Positions 1-9,575 of a stretch of DNA of 64,000 nt are shown here, in pieces. The stretch covers positions 124,001-188,000 of IMG/VR virus record IMGVR_UViG_3300025121_000282; one strand, written 5' to 3'. The notes beneath the pieces were generated by a model. It was given only the letters and a program-made list of their open reading frames with translations. It was not told the origin of the DNA and did not search any database. Within the stretch, counting starts at the first letter, position 1. Each line of letters starts with the position of its first letter. A program made the translations under genes and the position numbers.

Positions 1-158
1 ACGACTTTTGAGTTTCTAGACAAGTTTTTGCCCGCGCTGTCGCGGACGAAATGCAGGTGTATTGTGGCCTCCGGAGGTATTTCTGTGTACTTACTCCTGA
101 GTATTTCCTTGACCTCGTTTAAGTCAAAGTACAGTTCCACAATTATTTTACGTCTCAT
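1..158 (-). CDS. hypothetical protein, runs off the window start
   Basis: ATG at 158, frame open to position 1 (MRRKIIVELYFDLNEVKEILRS...). Confidence 0.55.
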   Translation of the reverse strand, partial: MRRKIIVELYFDLNEVKEILRSKYTEIPPEATIHLHFVRDSAGKNLSRNSKV

Positions 159-215
159 TTTGATGGGTTGGTCCCACGAGTGTCTCCCCCGGTAAGACCG
201 GGTTTGAGAAGGCCA

Positions 216-1142
216 TCAGTCATCCAGGCCATACTGACCGGGGAAGTGGCGAGCCTCCATGGTGATCCCGTCCACCGAGATCTGCTTGAAGTTACCCTCC
301 TTAAGGATGTACTCGCGGAACTTGCCAGTGGGAAGCAAGGCTCGAACCACCTCGGCCGCCGCGCTGACCATGGTGCGATAACCGCGAACCTCGAAGGGGG
401 TGTTGGACTTGGTCGTCACCGTCTTCGAAGCCACGAAGCCGTAAATGCGGGCAGTCCCCTCGGTCTTGTTGTACTTGAATCCGAGGATGGGTTCTCCATC
501 ATTTCCGAGCAACTGCTCGTAATGAGCCTCACGGGCATCGATGGAGGCCGAACGAGCCCGCTCCCCGGTCTTCTCCGCCAGAATGTCCGCAATTGCGGCG
601 GCATAATCAGCGGCCGTGATTGCAAGGCCTTTCCCGACCAGAGAAAAGGCTTTTTTGACCACATTCTCATTGAGACCCAGGGACTCGATGGACACGTTGT
701 TCTGCTTCTCCAAGGCAATCGTCAGACCTGCCAGTTCCGTGAGCAACTTGGCGTCACGGGCCTTGGCCTTTTCGTAGTTGATGTGAGTGGCCAGAACGAG
801 ATCCATGACCTCGCCCGTAGCAAGGACACCCGCCTCCACGAAGGCGCGGATTTCCGCTTCATCCTTTCCCGTAGGGTCAAGATAGCGGCAGAAATCGTTG
901 AAATCGTCCTCCGCCTTGGGGTCATGGGCACCCTTGGGGTCGTTGAAGGTGGGGGTTCCGCCGTCACGTTTGGCCACAAGAGCCTTGGTGATGATGTCCA
1001 CTCGCCCCTTGGAGCTTGCTCGGGCGGCCCACTTGTTCTTGGGCTGGGCCTGATACCCACGGATGCCCACGAACTTTGCCTTGGAATCCAGAGCCGCGAA
1101 CACGGCCAGACCCAACTTGGTGACACCCTGATCAGTACTCAT
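216..1142 (-). CDS. hypothetical phage protein (308 aa)
   Basis: Long ORF with GGGAG SD and TTAAC-N17-GAA motif upstream; the overlapping + strand ORF is a shadow. Confidence 0.8.
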   Translation of the reverse strand: MSTDQGVTKLGLAVFAALDSKAKFVGIRGYQAQPKNKWAARASSKGRVDIITKALVAKRDGGTPTFNDPKGAHDPKAEDDFNDFCRYLDPTGKDEAEIRAFVEAGVLATGEVMDLVLATHINYEKAKARDAKLLTELAGLTIALEKQNNVSIESLGLNENVVKKAFSLVGKGLAITAADYAAAIADILAEKTGERARSASIDAREAHYEQLLGNDGEPILGFKYNKTEGTARIYGFVASKTVTTKSNTPFEVRGYRTMVSAAAEVVRALLPTGKFREYILKEGNFKQISVDGITMEARHFPGQYGLDD

Positions 1143-1187
1143 TGTTTTTAGTCTCCCTGATTGTTGATTACTAGCGGCTACACACTC

Positions 1188-1212
1188 TTCGACCCGAGTC
1201 GTAGTCGGTTAA
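1188..1212 (-). promoter_or_regulatory. TTAAC-N17-GAA promoter-like motif
   Basis: Matches the recurrent motif; overlaps the stop codon of 1209..2042. Confidence 0.65.
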
Positions 1213-2042
1213 TCTGCCGATTTGTCAGTGGTACTGCTAAACATCTTCCTGGTTTCTTCCACACGCCATTCCTTAAAACCCGGAGCAAGAGCGTCGAGGT
1301 AGTCCTCAGCATTGACCTGTCTGGCGTTCCACCTAATGTTTTCCAAGACACGCGGTTCCAATTTCCACAGCAGTCTGACGTTCTCTTGGTTTTGACACCC
1401 CAACGAGGTTACCCAGTATTCTCTGTTCACACGTTTGACAGTAAACGGATAACTCTTGGTGGAAATTACTCGAATACCCGGGTCCCTGTTGGTGTTCCCG
1501 TGCCACAACGGGTTCTTATACTTACACCATCCGGGGATGCCGTAGCGGTTCCACCACAAAGACTTGGCAGGCTTGTAATCAAAGTCCGCCAAATCAAGTA
1601 CTTCTGGGTCTTTCGCTTCGTGACCTGGGAATCCCATTTTAAAGACCCCCAACAATTGGTCATTTTGGTTGTAGACCGAGTCCACGTAGTCCCATTCGTT
1701 GCAGTCATTGAAAATGATTACTCTCCACCCGTTTGAGGCTTTGTACTCGACATTGCCCGCAAATACGAATTGAGGTTCTGTGTCAGAAGTGAGGGTGATG
1801 TAACCAGTCTCAATGAGCTTGAAAAAATCCAGAATCTTAGATTTCATGACTTTTGTGTTTGTCCTATAACCACAAACAGGTAGGGAAGCGCGGTCATAAG
1901 TGGGAAAACCCTCACACTTGTGTACAACCTCATCACATTGCCAATCTGGTTCAGCCCTGCAGACCACACACCAACCATCTGGAGTACTGTGTGCCATTCT
2001 TGCCAGTGTTGCAGCAGAAGGCGAGGATAGGTTGTCACTCAT
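1209..2042 (-). CDS. hypothetical protein (277 aa)
   Basis: Long ORF within the minus-strand block. Confidence 0.7.
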   Translation of the reverse strand: MSDNLSSPSAATLARMAHSTPDGWCVVCRAEPDWQCDEVVHKCEGFPTYDRASLPVCGYRTNTKVMKSKILDFFKLIETGYITLTSDTEPQFVFAGNVEYKASNGWRVIIFNDCNEWDYVDSVYNQNDQLLGVFKMGFPGHEAKDPEVLDLADFDYKPAKSLWWNRYGIPGWCKYKNPLWHGNTNRDPGIRVISTKSYPFTVKRVNREYWVTSLGCQNQENVRLLWKLEPRVLENIRWNARQVNAEDYLDALAPGFKEWRVEETRKMFSSTTDKSAD

Positions 2043-2386
2043 GGCATCTCACTTTTCCTAATTATTTCCAGTATTTCAGTCTCACAAACTGCAAGTTCGC
2101 CTTGAATAAAATTGATCACACGAAATAAGCCAAATTCCTGAATGGCCGAAACAGGACCCCTGAGGTAGATGTCGCCCAATGGTTTTCTGTATGCAGTTAG
2201 CCTAATCGGTCTGAATGGCAGATACTTTAGCAGTGTTTCAACAGGTTCTGCGGTTAGAAACTTGTAGCCACCCTGGATGTATACCGCACTATAATTTTCG
2301 TTGGTTTGGTGGACTGCCTCGATGGTGTTGGATTGAGGAAAGACAACGCGGACACCGTAAATGGTTACAAAATTAAGTATAACTAT
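2039..2386 (-). CDS. hypothetical protein with non-canonical start (not in ORF track)
   Basis: 116-codon open frame exactly filling the gap; its TGA overlaps the next ATG; begins at ATA, or at GTG 2395 followed by in-frame TAG. Confidence 0.55.
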   Translation of the reverse strand: MVILNFVTIYGVRVVFPQSNTIEAVHQTNENYSAVYIQGGYKFLTAEPVETLLKYLPFRPIRLTAYRKPLGDIYLRGPVSAIQEFGLFRVINFIQGELAVCETEILEIIRKSEMP

Positions 2387-2568
2387 GGCCTACACTCTTT
2401 CAATTTGTTTTCAAGTTCTAGAACCTTAGACTCCATCTGTACATAATCGATTGACACTTTGGCCAAAAGAATGGGTACACTGCAAATAAGTGCGATACCT
2501 ATGACTACGAACACCCGGTCTATAGATCGTTCGCGTCGTGTACGGGGAAGAATGAGAGGTACGGACAT
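2383..2568 (-). CDS. small membrane protein
   Basis: One hydrophobic segment followed by a short coiled coil. Confidence 0.6.
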   Translation of the reverse strand: MSVPLILPRTRRERSIDRVFVVIGIALICSVPILLAKVSIDYVQMESKVLELENKLKECRP

Positions 2569-2577
2569 TGTGAGTAC

Positions 2578-2814
2578 TTACCGCTTAAGAAAGGCAACTG
2601 CCACTTTCCAACCTGGGGACAAGATCCGTCCGTCCTTGCTTGAAACCCACCCCTTTTCTCTGGCATAATTCTGGTATATCTCTTCTCCTGGACGGAGAGC
2701 AGGCACCTCAAAAGCGGGGGCTGTAAAAGTCATGACTTGATTACACCACTCAACCATGAGTTTACGGGTGTACTGGTCTTTGAATTCGTCTCTTGGTGTT
2801 GCATTTTCTGCCAT
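2578..2814 (-). CDS. hypothetical protein
   Basis: First ORF after the minus-strand promoter motif at 2848. Confidence 0.65.
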   Translation of the reverse strand: MAENATPRDEFKDQYTRKLMVEWCNQVMTFTAPAFEVPALRPGEEIYQNYAREKGWVSSKDGRILSPGWKVAVAFLKR

Positions 2815-2823
2815 ATGTCACCA

Positions 2824-2873
2824 TTCCCACTGTATTCGTACAGGTTAATTAACCTAGGCTCAGTTGATGTGAA
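2824..2873. promoter_or_regulatory. back-to-back divergent TTAAC-N17-GAA promoters centred on palindrome AGGTTAATTAACCT
   Basis: Minus copy starts at 2848 (GAA at 2826), plus copy at 2849 (GAA at 2871); coincides with the strand switch. Confidence 0.7.
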
Positions 2874-2883
2874 TCTGATTGCA

Positions 2884-3300
2884 ATGCCAATCACACTTGA
2901 AATCACATACCTGAATCACACAGTACAGGACCGCCCTCGTCTACAAGAACTGACCAACCCGGGGCCATCTGTGTTTAAAAACTGGTTGGATGGGACAGAC
3001 CCCGTAAGAGTCGTATTGGCTAGGTCTGATGAGTCCATTTTAGGTTGGATGGGGTGTGACCGTTATGGGGTTATTGGTTGGTTTGTAGACCCTCGGTTCA
3101 GGCATCTGGGCATAGCTACGAAGATGACTAAGCTCATTTCCGAATTAGGCCTACTGGACAGTTACCTGAATGCACAACCTAATGACCCAGTTGTGCATCA
3201 ACTGCTCACCATAATTGGTTACAGGAAGATTTATGACGGAGGGTGGGACTTGTTAGAGTTTGCCATATACACAAATAGGGTTGACTCTGATTTGTTATAG
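2884..3300 (+). CDS. GNAT-family N-acetyltransferase
   Basis: Acetyl-CoA motif A FVDPRFRHLGIATKM. Confidence 0.7.
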   Translation: MPITLEITYLNHTVQDRPRLQELTNPGPSVFKNWLDGTDPVRVVLARSDESILGWMGCDRYGVIGWFVDPRFRHLGIATKMTKLISELGLLDSYLNAQPNDPVVHQLLTIIGYRKIYDGGWDLLEFAIYTNRVDSDLL

Positions 3301-3331
3301 ACGAACAGTGTTACATACTAAAGGAAGTACA

Positions 3332-3679
3332 ATGAACCCAATCGTTGATGAGATTCAGAAGCAATTTACCCAGCTGGGCCACACCTGGGTCAGTATGACT
3401 GTCAAAACTGAATCCAAAACTGAGCGTGCTACAATTCTGAGTTACCATAGGAACAACAACTGGTTCTGCACCTGGACTGCCTCAATGCGCGGTGGTGTTT
3501 TTCGAGGACTGGCTCACCCACACGACGGCCTGAACAACGTGGAAGGTCTGGAAGATTTTATCAGAAGGTGCCCCTCACACCACAAAATGATTCACAACCA
3601 GACCCGAGAGTTTAACAGGCTTCAATTCTTTATCACGGCCGACTACCTGACCAAGTGTGGCCTTGTTATAGTTGACTGA
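3332..3679 (+). CDS. hypothetical protein
   Basis: Promoter motif at 3281 and AAGGA SD. Confidence 0.65.
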   Translation: MNPIVDEIQKQFTQLGHTWVSMTVKTESKTERATILSYHRNNNWFCTWTASMRGGVFRGLAHPHDGLNNVEGLEDFIRRCPSHHKMIHNQTREFNRLQFFITADYLTKCGLVIVD

Positions 3680-4147
3680 GTGGCTCTTCGCGTGAAAAAT
3701 GACATGCAACATCAACTTACTGACCCCATCCAGGTACTAAAGTTCGTCACAGCGGGCAAGGCTACTTTTACCCTAAAATCAGTAAGTACGGGGGTCCACT
3801 ACACTTTTCAGGTCACCAAGGCTCCCCCGAAGCCTGATTTCCCCAATCGTACCCCCATTTACTTCGTGTCGGTACTGGTGGGACCGGATAACACGAAAAA
3901 TTACATGTACTTTGGTACCATTTCTGGGGCTTCAATGCTCTTCAAGATGGGGGCTAAGGCTAAAGTCATGGATGGGGCTAAATCGGTACAAGCCCTTATG
4001 TGGTTCTGGCGCAACCTCGTGGAATTTAGTGTGGTTCGTTCCGAGGTCAAGTTTTACCATGAGGGACGCTGCGCCCGTTGTGGGAAGAAACTCACAACGC
4101 CCGGATCGTTGGAACTTGGGTTTGGTCCCGAGTGCGCCAACAAATAA
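3680..4147 (+). CDS. DUF6011-like zinc-binding phage protein
   Basis: C-terminal CARCGKKLTTPGSLELGFGPEC. Confidence 0.7.
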   Translation: MALRVKNDMQHQLTDPIQVLKFVTAGKATFTLKSVSTGVHYTFQVTKAPPKPDFPNRTPIYFVSVLVGPDNTKNYMYFGTISGASMLFKMGAKAKVMDGAKSVQALMWFWRNLVEFSVVRSEVKFYHEGRCARCGKKLTTPGSLELGFGPECANK

Positions 4148-4220
4148 TTGACCACCACTCTCATAGTCTGAAGAACAATATAAGGGGTACAATCAAAAAT
4201 GGAACACTATCTTGACTCTG

Positions 4221-4478
4221 ATGGCGAAATTGTCCACACTATCTGACGCTCTTCGTTGGCCGGATAGTGTGGAAGAACGCGTTGCACAGCTTCGGGCCAT
4301 TGTCGCACAGAAGCAGTACCGGAATTACCAGGACATGGTTCTGGACCTGTTTACTGCTTCTGCCATTCTCGTTGTGTATGACAGCTTGAATGATAAGAAC
4401 AAGTTGAATCTTATCTCCCGCCCTCTGCGCGAAATGGCAGATATCGCTTTCCGGGTCTACGGGCTTACCAGCAATTAA
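4221..4478 (+). CDS. hypothetical protein resembling a domain of large myovirus proteins
   Basis: LDLFTASAILVVYDSLN motif (recalled, unverified); leader-like N-terminus. Confidence 0.6.
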   Translation: MAKLSTLSDALRWPDSVEERVAQLRAIVAQKQYRNYQDMVLDLFTASAILVVYDSLNDKNKLNLISRPLREMADIAFRVYGLTSN

Positions 4479-4498
4479 CTACCAGGAGGTTATCTACA

Positions 4499-4891
4499 AT
4501 GTCTGATTTTACTTATTCCGTAACTCAGTGGGAAGAGTACCGTGTTGGTCAGGTGGTCCGCATCGACACCATCGGTGCGTTCAACGACTGTGTCATCATG
4601 GGGTTCACCAAGCCCACTAAGCACGGCGATGTGTACGTAAAGCTTGGGCGGCCCATGGTCCATGTTACGTGCGCCGGCACCACTGGTCCGAGCACGAGCC
4701 TGTCCTGTGAAGAGTTCAGCTGCCTCGCCACCAAGCTCCGTTTTGACACGCTGGTGGACAAGGCCGGGCACTGGATTCATTGCGGACCGAGTCAGGTGGA
4801 TTTCAGCATGCTTTTCGGGGACCCTGTGACCGAAGAGTATGTAAAGTGCATTGCGGACAGAGTGAAACCCAAGGCGAGTAATGACACCTAA
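4499..4891 (+). CDS. hypothetical protein
   Basis: AGGAGG SD. Confidence 0.75.
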   Translation: MSDFTYSVTQWEEYRVGQVVRIDTIGAFNDCVIMGFTKPTKHGDVYVKLGRPMVHVTCAGTTGPSTSLSCEEFSCLATKLRFDTLVDKAGHWIHCGPSQVDFSMLFGDPVTEEYVKCIADRVKPKASNDT

Positions 4892-5078
4892 GTGTTCCCA
4901 ATGTGGCGTCATGTCTGTGCCCGGGGGTTTTCGGTTGAGCGGTGACCTGGGCTACAGTCGTGACTATAAAAATTTGGAAAATTTCTGGTGGAACCGGACA
5001 TTTCGATTGTCCCGTTGTGCTTAGCCTGTTACAGGTTGCTTCGCACCAAGATGAATGGTGCATTTGAGGAGTTCAGCG

Positions 5079-5852
5079 ATGCCCAAAACGATTGTGCACA
5101 ACCTCACCAATAAGGTGGTGGTTATCACCGGTGCCACCTCGGGAAATGGAGAGGCACTTGTATACAAGTTTTTGGCAGCCGGGGCTAAAGTCCATGCTGT
5201 GGGTAGGAATAAAGAGAAGCTGTGGAAACTACAGGACTTGGGGGTTATTGCACACCGGGCGGATTTCTCCAGTCTTTCAGACATCCGCACCCTGGTCTCT
5301 GCTCTGCCTGATAAGATCGATATGCTTTTTCACATGGCCGGGAATGCCATAACTGGGAACGATGAGGACAGGGTGCTTGAATTCTGGATTTCAGATTTCA
5401 CGGGACCCATGCTTTTTCTAAATACAATTCGTCCTCGGATGGCTGGGGGTAGTGTTGTAGCCATAAACACGTCGGCCTCTGTGGGTATGGGTAAAATCCC
5501 CTCGATGCACCAATACCAACTCTGCAAAATGGAGATGGTAAATTGGTGGTGGTCAGTACGGAATGACTGGGCAACATCGGGCATCCACATGATGCTGATC
5601 AGTATGGGGGTTGTAGACACCGCCATCTGGGACAGAACAGATGGCATGGGGACTGCGATCAAGACTTGGGTTAAACTGTTTGCCCCTAAACCCGGCGAGT
5701 GTGTTGACACAGTTATTAGCGATGCCCTGGGAAAAGAACTGGTGTCGTACCCTGGATTGTGGGCCAAATTAGTACCCATTGTGGACGGCAAACCGTGCCC
5801 GAAACCATCACACAAATTCGTAGCCACACTTGTAGCAAGGATGGTAACATAA
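5079..5852 (+). CDS. short-chain dehydrogenase/reductase (SDR)
   Basis: TGATSGNG Rossmann motif, catalytic YQLCK (YxxxK), GAGGAG SD. Confidence 0.85.
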   Translation: MPKTIVHNLTNKVVVITGATSGNGEALVYKFLAAGAKVHAVGRNKEKLWKLQDLGVIAHRADFSSLSDIRTLVSALPDKIDMLFHMAGNAITGNDEDRVLEFWISDFTGPMLFLNTIRPRMAGGSVVAINTSASVGMGKIPSMHQYQLCKMEMVNWWWSVRNDWATSGIHMMLISMGVVDTAIWDRTDGMGTAIKTWVKLFAPKPGECVDTVISDALGKELVSYPGLWAKLVPIVDGKPCPKPSHKFVATLVARMVT

Positions 5853-5856
5853 ATTT

Positions 5857-6201
5857 ATGCTGTACGTATACCTCGTATTGGCCTTTATTGCAGGACTACT
5901 GGTAGGTGGGCTTACAGTCAATTATCTAAAGAAAAGGAAACCACTTACAGCTGAGGACCTACGTGACCTAGAAATCAAAGCCTTACTGCTTTGTGCCGAA
6001 GCCTACGAAGAAACAGCCAGAGTGAATGCTCTCTCGGGTATGGGGACTTACGCAGAAACCGTGCGCAAATTCGCTGAAACCATGCGGGTCAAAGCAGCCG
6101 ATCTACTGAAAGATCCTGCAGAAGTGCCACTACCTGTGCAACGTATTGTGCAATTTTCAGTCCACAACGGTGGCAAGAGCGAACTGGACCCGGGGGCATG
6201 A
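5857..6201 (+). CDS. membrane-anchored hypothetical protein
   Basis: N-terminal TM helix followed by KKRK. Confidence 0.65.
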   Translation: MLYVYLVLAFIAGLLVGGLTVNYLKKRKPLTAEDLRDLEIKALLLCAEAYEETARVNALSGMGTYAETVRKFAETMRVKAADLLKDPAEVPLPVQRIVQFSVHNGGKSELDPGA

Positions 6202-6202
6202 G

Positions 6203-6397
6203 ATGAAAGAGAAGTGTGACGCTGTCCTTGAGTGGGAACAATTTCAGGGGGTCATGACACGCAGAGAGGTGGACGGGGTTTCTTTTTATAATTTCAAGTG
6301 TCCTAAATGTCGTATACACGGTTTTACGGATAAATATTACAAACTGTGCAAAAATCTTACCGCTTTCAATAAAGATTGTATGAAACCCCAACACTAA
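6203..6397 (+). CDS. small Cys-containing hypothetical protein
   Basis: CPKC motif; tiles with neighbours. Confidence 0.5.
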   Translation: MKEKCDAVLEWEQFQGVMTRREVDGVSFYNFKCPKCRIHGFTDKYYKLCKNLTAFNKDCMKPQH

Positions 6398-6417
6398 AGT
6401 AGTGGGGGTCCCACGTA

Positions 6418-6675
6418 ATGAACAAGATAAGTTCAGTTCTTTTTGTTCTAGCTGCTGAGTTTGAAAAGTACCAGCGGGTAGACATGGCAGAACTCAGACC
6501 CTACGTTCCAGGTGAGGACCTGAAGGGTGTATCCATTTCTGAGGCAGATTTGAAAGCCGGGTCGCCCAAACCCGGTGACATGGTTGCCAGAAACCCTAAA
6601 AACTATGATGACACTTGGCTAGTTGCAAAAGAGTACTTTGAAGATAATTTCGACCTAGCCGAAGCAGACCATTAA
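6418..6675 (+). CDS. conserved hypothetical protein (GSPKxGDMxARNP type) carrying an N-terminal leader
   Basis: AELRPY...GSPKPGDMVARNPKN..D.WLVA..YF..NF. Confidence 0.7.
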   Translation: MNKISSVLFVLAAEFEKYQRVDMAELRPYVPGEDLKGVSISEADLKAGSPKPGDMVARNPKNYDDTWLVAKEYFEDNFDLAEADH

Positions 6676-6728
6676 CTCTTGTACCCTCTGGTGTAATAAC
6701 CTCACCAGAAACAAGGAGTTATTTCAAG

Positions 6729-6890
6729 ATGAAAACCTTTGACCCCATCCAGGCTGATCGAGCCGCCGCTCGTCGTCATCACTTTGCTAACAATGGAACT
6801 CTTGCCGCTTGGCGTGGTCGTCCTTGTATCGTTGCCAACAAAAGAGCAGACAAAAATAAGAAACATTGCAGAAAGAGTGGCGGGGACTGA
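6729..6890 (+). CDS. small basic protein (53 aa, not in ORF track)
   Basis: AAGGAG SD; MKTFDPIQADRAAARRHHF...; stop overlaps the next ATG. Confidence 0.65.
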   Translation: MKTFDPIQADRAAARRHHFANNGTLAAWRGRPCIVANKRADKNKKHCRKSGGD

Positions 6891-7345
6891 TGTTTAAGGT
6901 CGTAATTGGAGGGAAAGTTATAAGTTTAACAGGTCACCCAATTGAAGACCTTGTAGACCAGACCTGCAGTATACTCCAAGTTACAAAAGAGGACTTTTTA
7001 ACTCGTGACTTGATTCAAGCAGTAGCCCACCAGTACCTCAGGTTCCACTATCTGGATTTGCCCTTCTTTTACTCCAGCACAGTTAGAGACGTATTGTTAG
7101 GTGCGGGATGGCTAATAAACGATACCTCGATTTTAGTTCGAATAAGAGAAGTAGGGGAAGAGGCTATTGCCCAATTTTCTGGAGAAGTGGATGGCCACAA
7201 AATAGGTGACATTGTCACCCACGGGCGGGACGAGGTGTGGATGGGGCCCATTGTACTAATTTGTAGGATGGGTAACGTCTGGGGTGCCAGCATTTGTCAC
7301 ATGGGCTCTTGGTTTCCACTGAGTGAGATTACAAAATGTCCGTAG
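6890..7345 (+). CDS. hypothetical protein
   Basis: TGATG overlap with the upstream gene. Confidence 0.6.
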   Translation: MFKVVIGGKVISLTGHPIEDLVDQTCSILQVTKEDFLTRDLIQAVAHQYLRFHYLDLPFFYSSTVRDVLLGAGWLINDTSILVRIREVGEEAIAQFSGEVDGHKIGDIVTHGRDEVWMGPIVLICRMGNVWGASICHMGSWFPLSEITKCP

Positions 7346-7536
7346 AAAAAGCGCTTCAACGGCCTATAAACTACAGTGCCGTGGATACGAGTGAACAATA
7401 CCGGGTGGACAAAAAGCTAGGGATTTTGGACTGGGAGCCAACAGCCAAGGAGGCCAGAGAATACTCCCGAAAGCGAAGCGAAATGGGCGACCCTGAGTAC
7501 ACAGGGTTGGACAATGACATAGCTTCCAATTTTTAG
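7336..7536 (+). CDS. hypothetical protein
   Basis: Tiled ORF. Confidence 0.55.
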   Translation: MSVEKALQRPINYSAVDTSEQYRVDKKLGILDWEPTAKEAREYSRKRSEMGDPEYTGLDNDIASNF

Positions 7537-7546
7537 AGGTTGTTTT

Positions 7547-7777
7547 GTGAAGGCAACACTAGAATTTGACCTAAGCGACCCCCAAGGCAAAGATGACTTG
7601 AACTGTGCCATATGTGGTCAAGACATACGAGCGGTAATTCTCAAAGTGCTGGAAAACCTAAGAAATAAACGCAAGCACGCTCAGCTTCCCAGGAATCAAA
7701 TCAAACTTATAGAAACACTGGAAACTGATGTAAGAGAATTGATCATGGACCACAAATTAACCGACCTGTTCTATTGA
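7547..7777 (+). CDS. hypothetical protein
   Basis: MKATLEFDL start; GAGG SD. Confidence 0.65.
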   Translation: MKATLEFDLSDPQGKDDLNCAICGQDIRAVILKVLENLRNKRKHAQLPRNQIKLIETLETDVRELIMDHKLTDLFY

Positions 7778-7828
7778 CCAATTATAAACAGAATAGAACT
7801 CCCCCATAACAGGAGGTGATTATAAACT

Positions 7829-8095
7829 ATGCGATCCCCCATCATGTACGATACTGGAACTCCAGAAGGTTTTATTGAAGCGGTAGAAGGCGCTCTGAAC
7901 AAACGCCAGAGGATCAAGGTCACATATCCCGATGGGTGGTCCGAATCAGGATACATCGGTTGGTCTACGGGTTCTCAGAAGGCCATGCTTCTGGCATATA
8001 ACTCTCGCTCCATGGGTGGAGGTAGCATTCGTACCGATCAAGTGGTCAAGGTAGAGACCACCCGAGGTAAACAAGTTTTGTGGGAAAAGAAGTGA
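7829..8095 (+). CDS. conserved phage hypothetical protein
   Basis: AGGAGG SD, promoter at 7774, GYIGWSTG...RSMGGG. Confidence 0.75.
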   Translation: MRSPIMYDTGTPEGFIEAVEGALNKRQRIKVTYPDGWSESGYIGWSTGSQKAMLLAYNSRSMGGGSIRTDQVVKVETTRGKQVLWEKK

Positions 8096-8134
8096 GTTTG
8101 TATAGTTACCCACAACTTTCTAAGTGGGTAACTA

Positions 8135-8674
8135 ATGAAGCGCAAGCTTGCAGCAGAGGGTGGGGTTAAAGACGAGTGGAGAACACCACCCGCTCTCTTT
8201 GAATTTTGCGACCAGTTTATGGGTTGGATGTGTGGAATAAACATCAGCCTTGATGCTGCAGCCAACGACAACAACACAAAGTTTTCTGCAAATTTTATCA
8301 CTAAGGAACAGGACTCCCTAGTCCAGAACTGGAGTGATTTTTGCCCTAAAAATAAGGGCATATTCATAAACCCTCCGTTTAGCAGAGTTTATGACTTTGT
8401 AGGCAAGATTAAGAGGTCCTCAGAACAAGGCTTGTCTACAGTAGCCATCCTGCCAGGGACGTGGTGTGTCCGGTGGATGCATCAGTTCGTGTTCGGGTCT
8501 GCTAGTCACATTTTGGTCCCCAACAAACGTCTCGCGTACCTGGACTGTAATGGGGACAAACAGAATTCTCCCAATTTTGAAACCATCATAGTACTTTGGG
8601 ACGCACTCAGCCATCCCAACACTCCCAGGGTGAGACCTCTCATCGTCAAACCAGACGGAACGTATTCTATCTAG
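8135..8674 (+). CDS. phage N6-adenine DNA methyltransferase (Dam-like)
   Basis: DEWRTP, LDAAA..N.K, catalytic NPPF, R..Y motifs. Confidence 0.85.
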   Translation: MKRKLAAEGGVKDEWRTPPALFEFCDQFMGWMCGINISLDAAANDNNTKFSANFITKEQDSLVQNWSDFCPKNKGIFINPPFSRVYDFVGKIKRSSEQGLSTVAILPGTWCVRWMHQFVFGSASHILVPNKRLAYLDCNGDKQNSPNFETIIVLWDALSHPNTPRVRPLIVKPDGTYSI

Positions 8675-8722
8675 TATTAACTATTAGGTCACACATCTGT
8701 AATTATAACACAGTAGTACAGT

Positions 8723-9088
8723 ATGGCAGAACCTGAATTTTTGACTTGGCTCACTAATGCTCTCAGTGGTTTTCAAGCAGTAGATTCTCTATTAGCGGGT
8801 GAGTTTAAACATTCTGGTGCAGTTTGGCTTTACGACAGTCCTCAAATTGTAGGCATTGCTCACACTGCCCCCAAATGGTTACTAGCCAAGTCTTAGCTGC
8901 CTCACGTTAATTGGAAGGACGACCCAGTACTGCTGGGTTTTGTGCAGCAGGCTGTCCACGCCTCGTTGATGAACCTAGCAGCCAAACGCCCCTACAGGGA
9001 AGCAATTTTGGCAGGTCTCGGCCTTGAAGAGACTCACGCCCATCATCCTATGTACAGGACTCAAAATGCAACTGAGCAGCTACTTTGA
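8723..9088 (+). pseudogene. hypothetical gene with an in-frame TAG at 8894-8896
   Basis: 121-codon frame filling the gap and overlapping the next start; single internal amber. Confidence 0.5.
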
Positions 9089-9575
9089 GGCTTTTCCTGA
9101 GGCTGAAAAGTATCGAGGCTACATAGAGACTCATACTTCCAGGCACTTGCCGAGCGGCGTTTTTGTATTTACTTCAGAGAGTTCACACAACTGGTCTGGT
9201 CCTTTTCCGGGCCATGCAGCCGTTTGGGTAATACAGAGAAGTGTAGGCTGTCCGCCAACCTCCCAAGTATTGATGGAAGTAACAAATAAACTTACTCATC
9301 TTGCAGAAAGGGGCAAGCTGGAGTACCGTGCCGGATTTGCAGCAGACTTATTGAAGATCGAATCCGGTGACCACACCCTGCTCCACCAGTACTCGGGGTG
9401 GGGTACCCTGGAATACCCCTTCCGCATCTGGGTCATGGGAAATGACGACACTAGTTATTCTAAGTGGTTTAGAAGTCTAGAAGAGGCCAAAGACACTGTT
9501 AGCCTACTTGAGGCTAATGAGCCATTGGACTTCATCACAGACTTCTTGTCTTTAGGGTGGACATTTACAAACTAG
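9066..9575 (+). CDS. hypothetical protein
   Basis: AGGA SD; 169 aa. Confidence 0.65.
   Translation: MQLSSYFEAFPEAEKYRGYIETHTSRHLPSGVFVFTSESSHNWSGPFPGHAAVWVIQRSVGCPPTSQVLMEVTNKLTHLAERGKLEYRAGFAADLLKIESGDHTLLHQYSGWGTLEYPFRIWVMGNDDTSYSKWFRSLEEAKDTVSLLEANEPLDFITDFLSLGWTFTN

Noticed and set aside
168-1151. 327-aa + strand ORF
   Set aside because: Antisense shadow of 216..1142, which has the SD and promoter.
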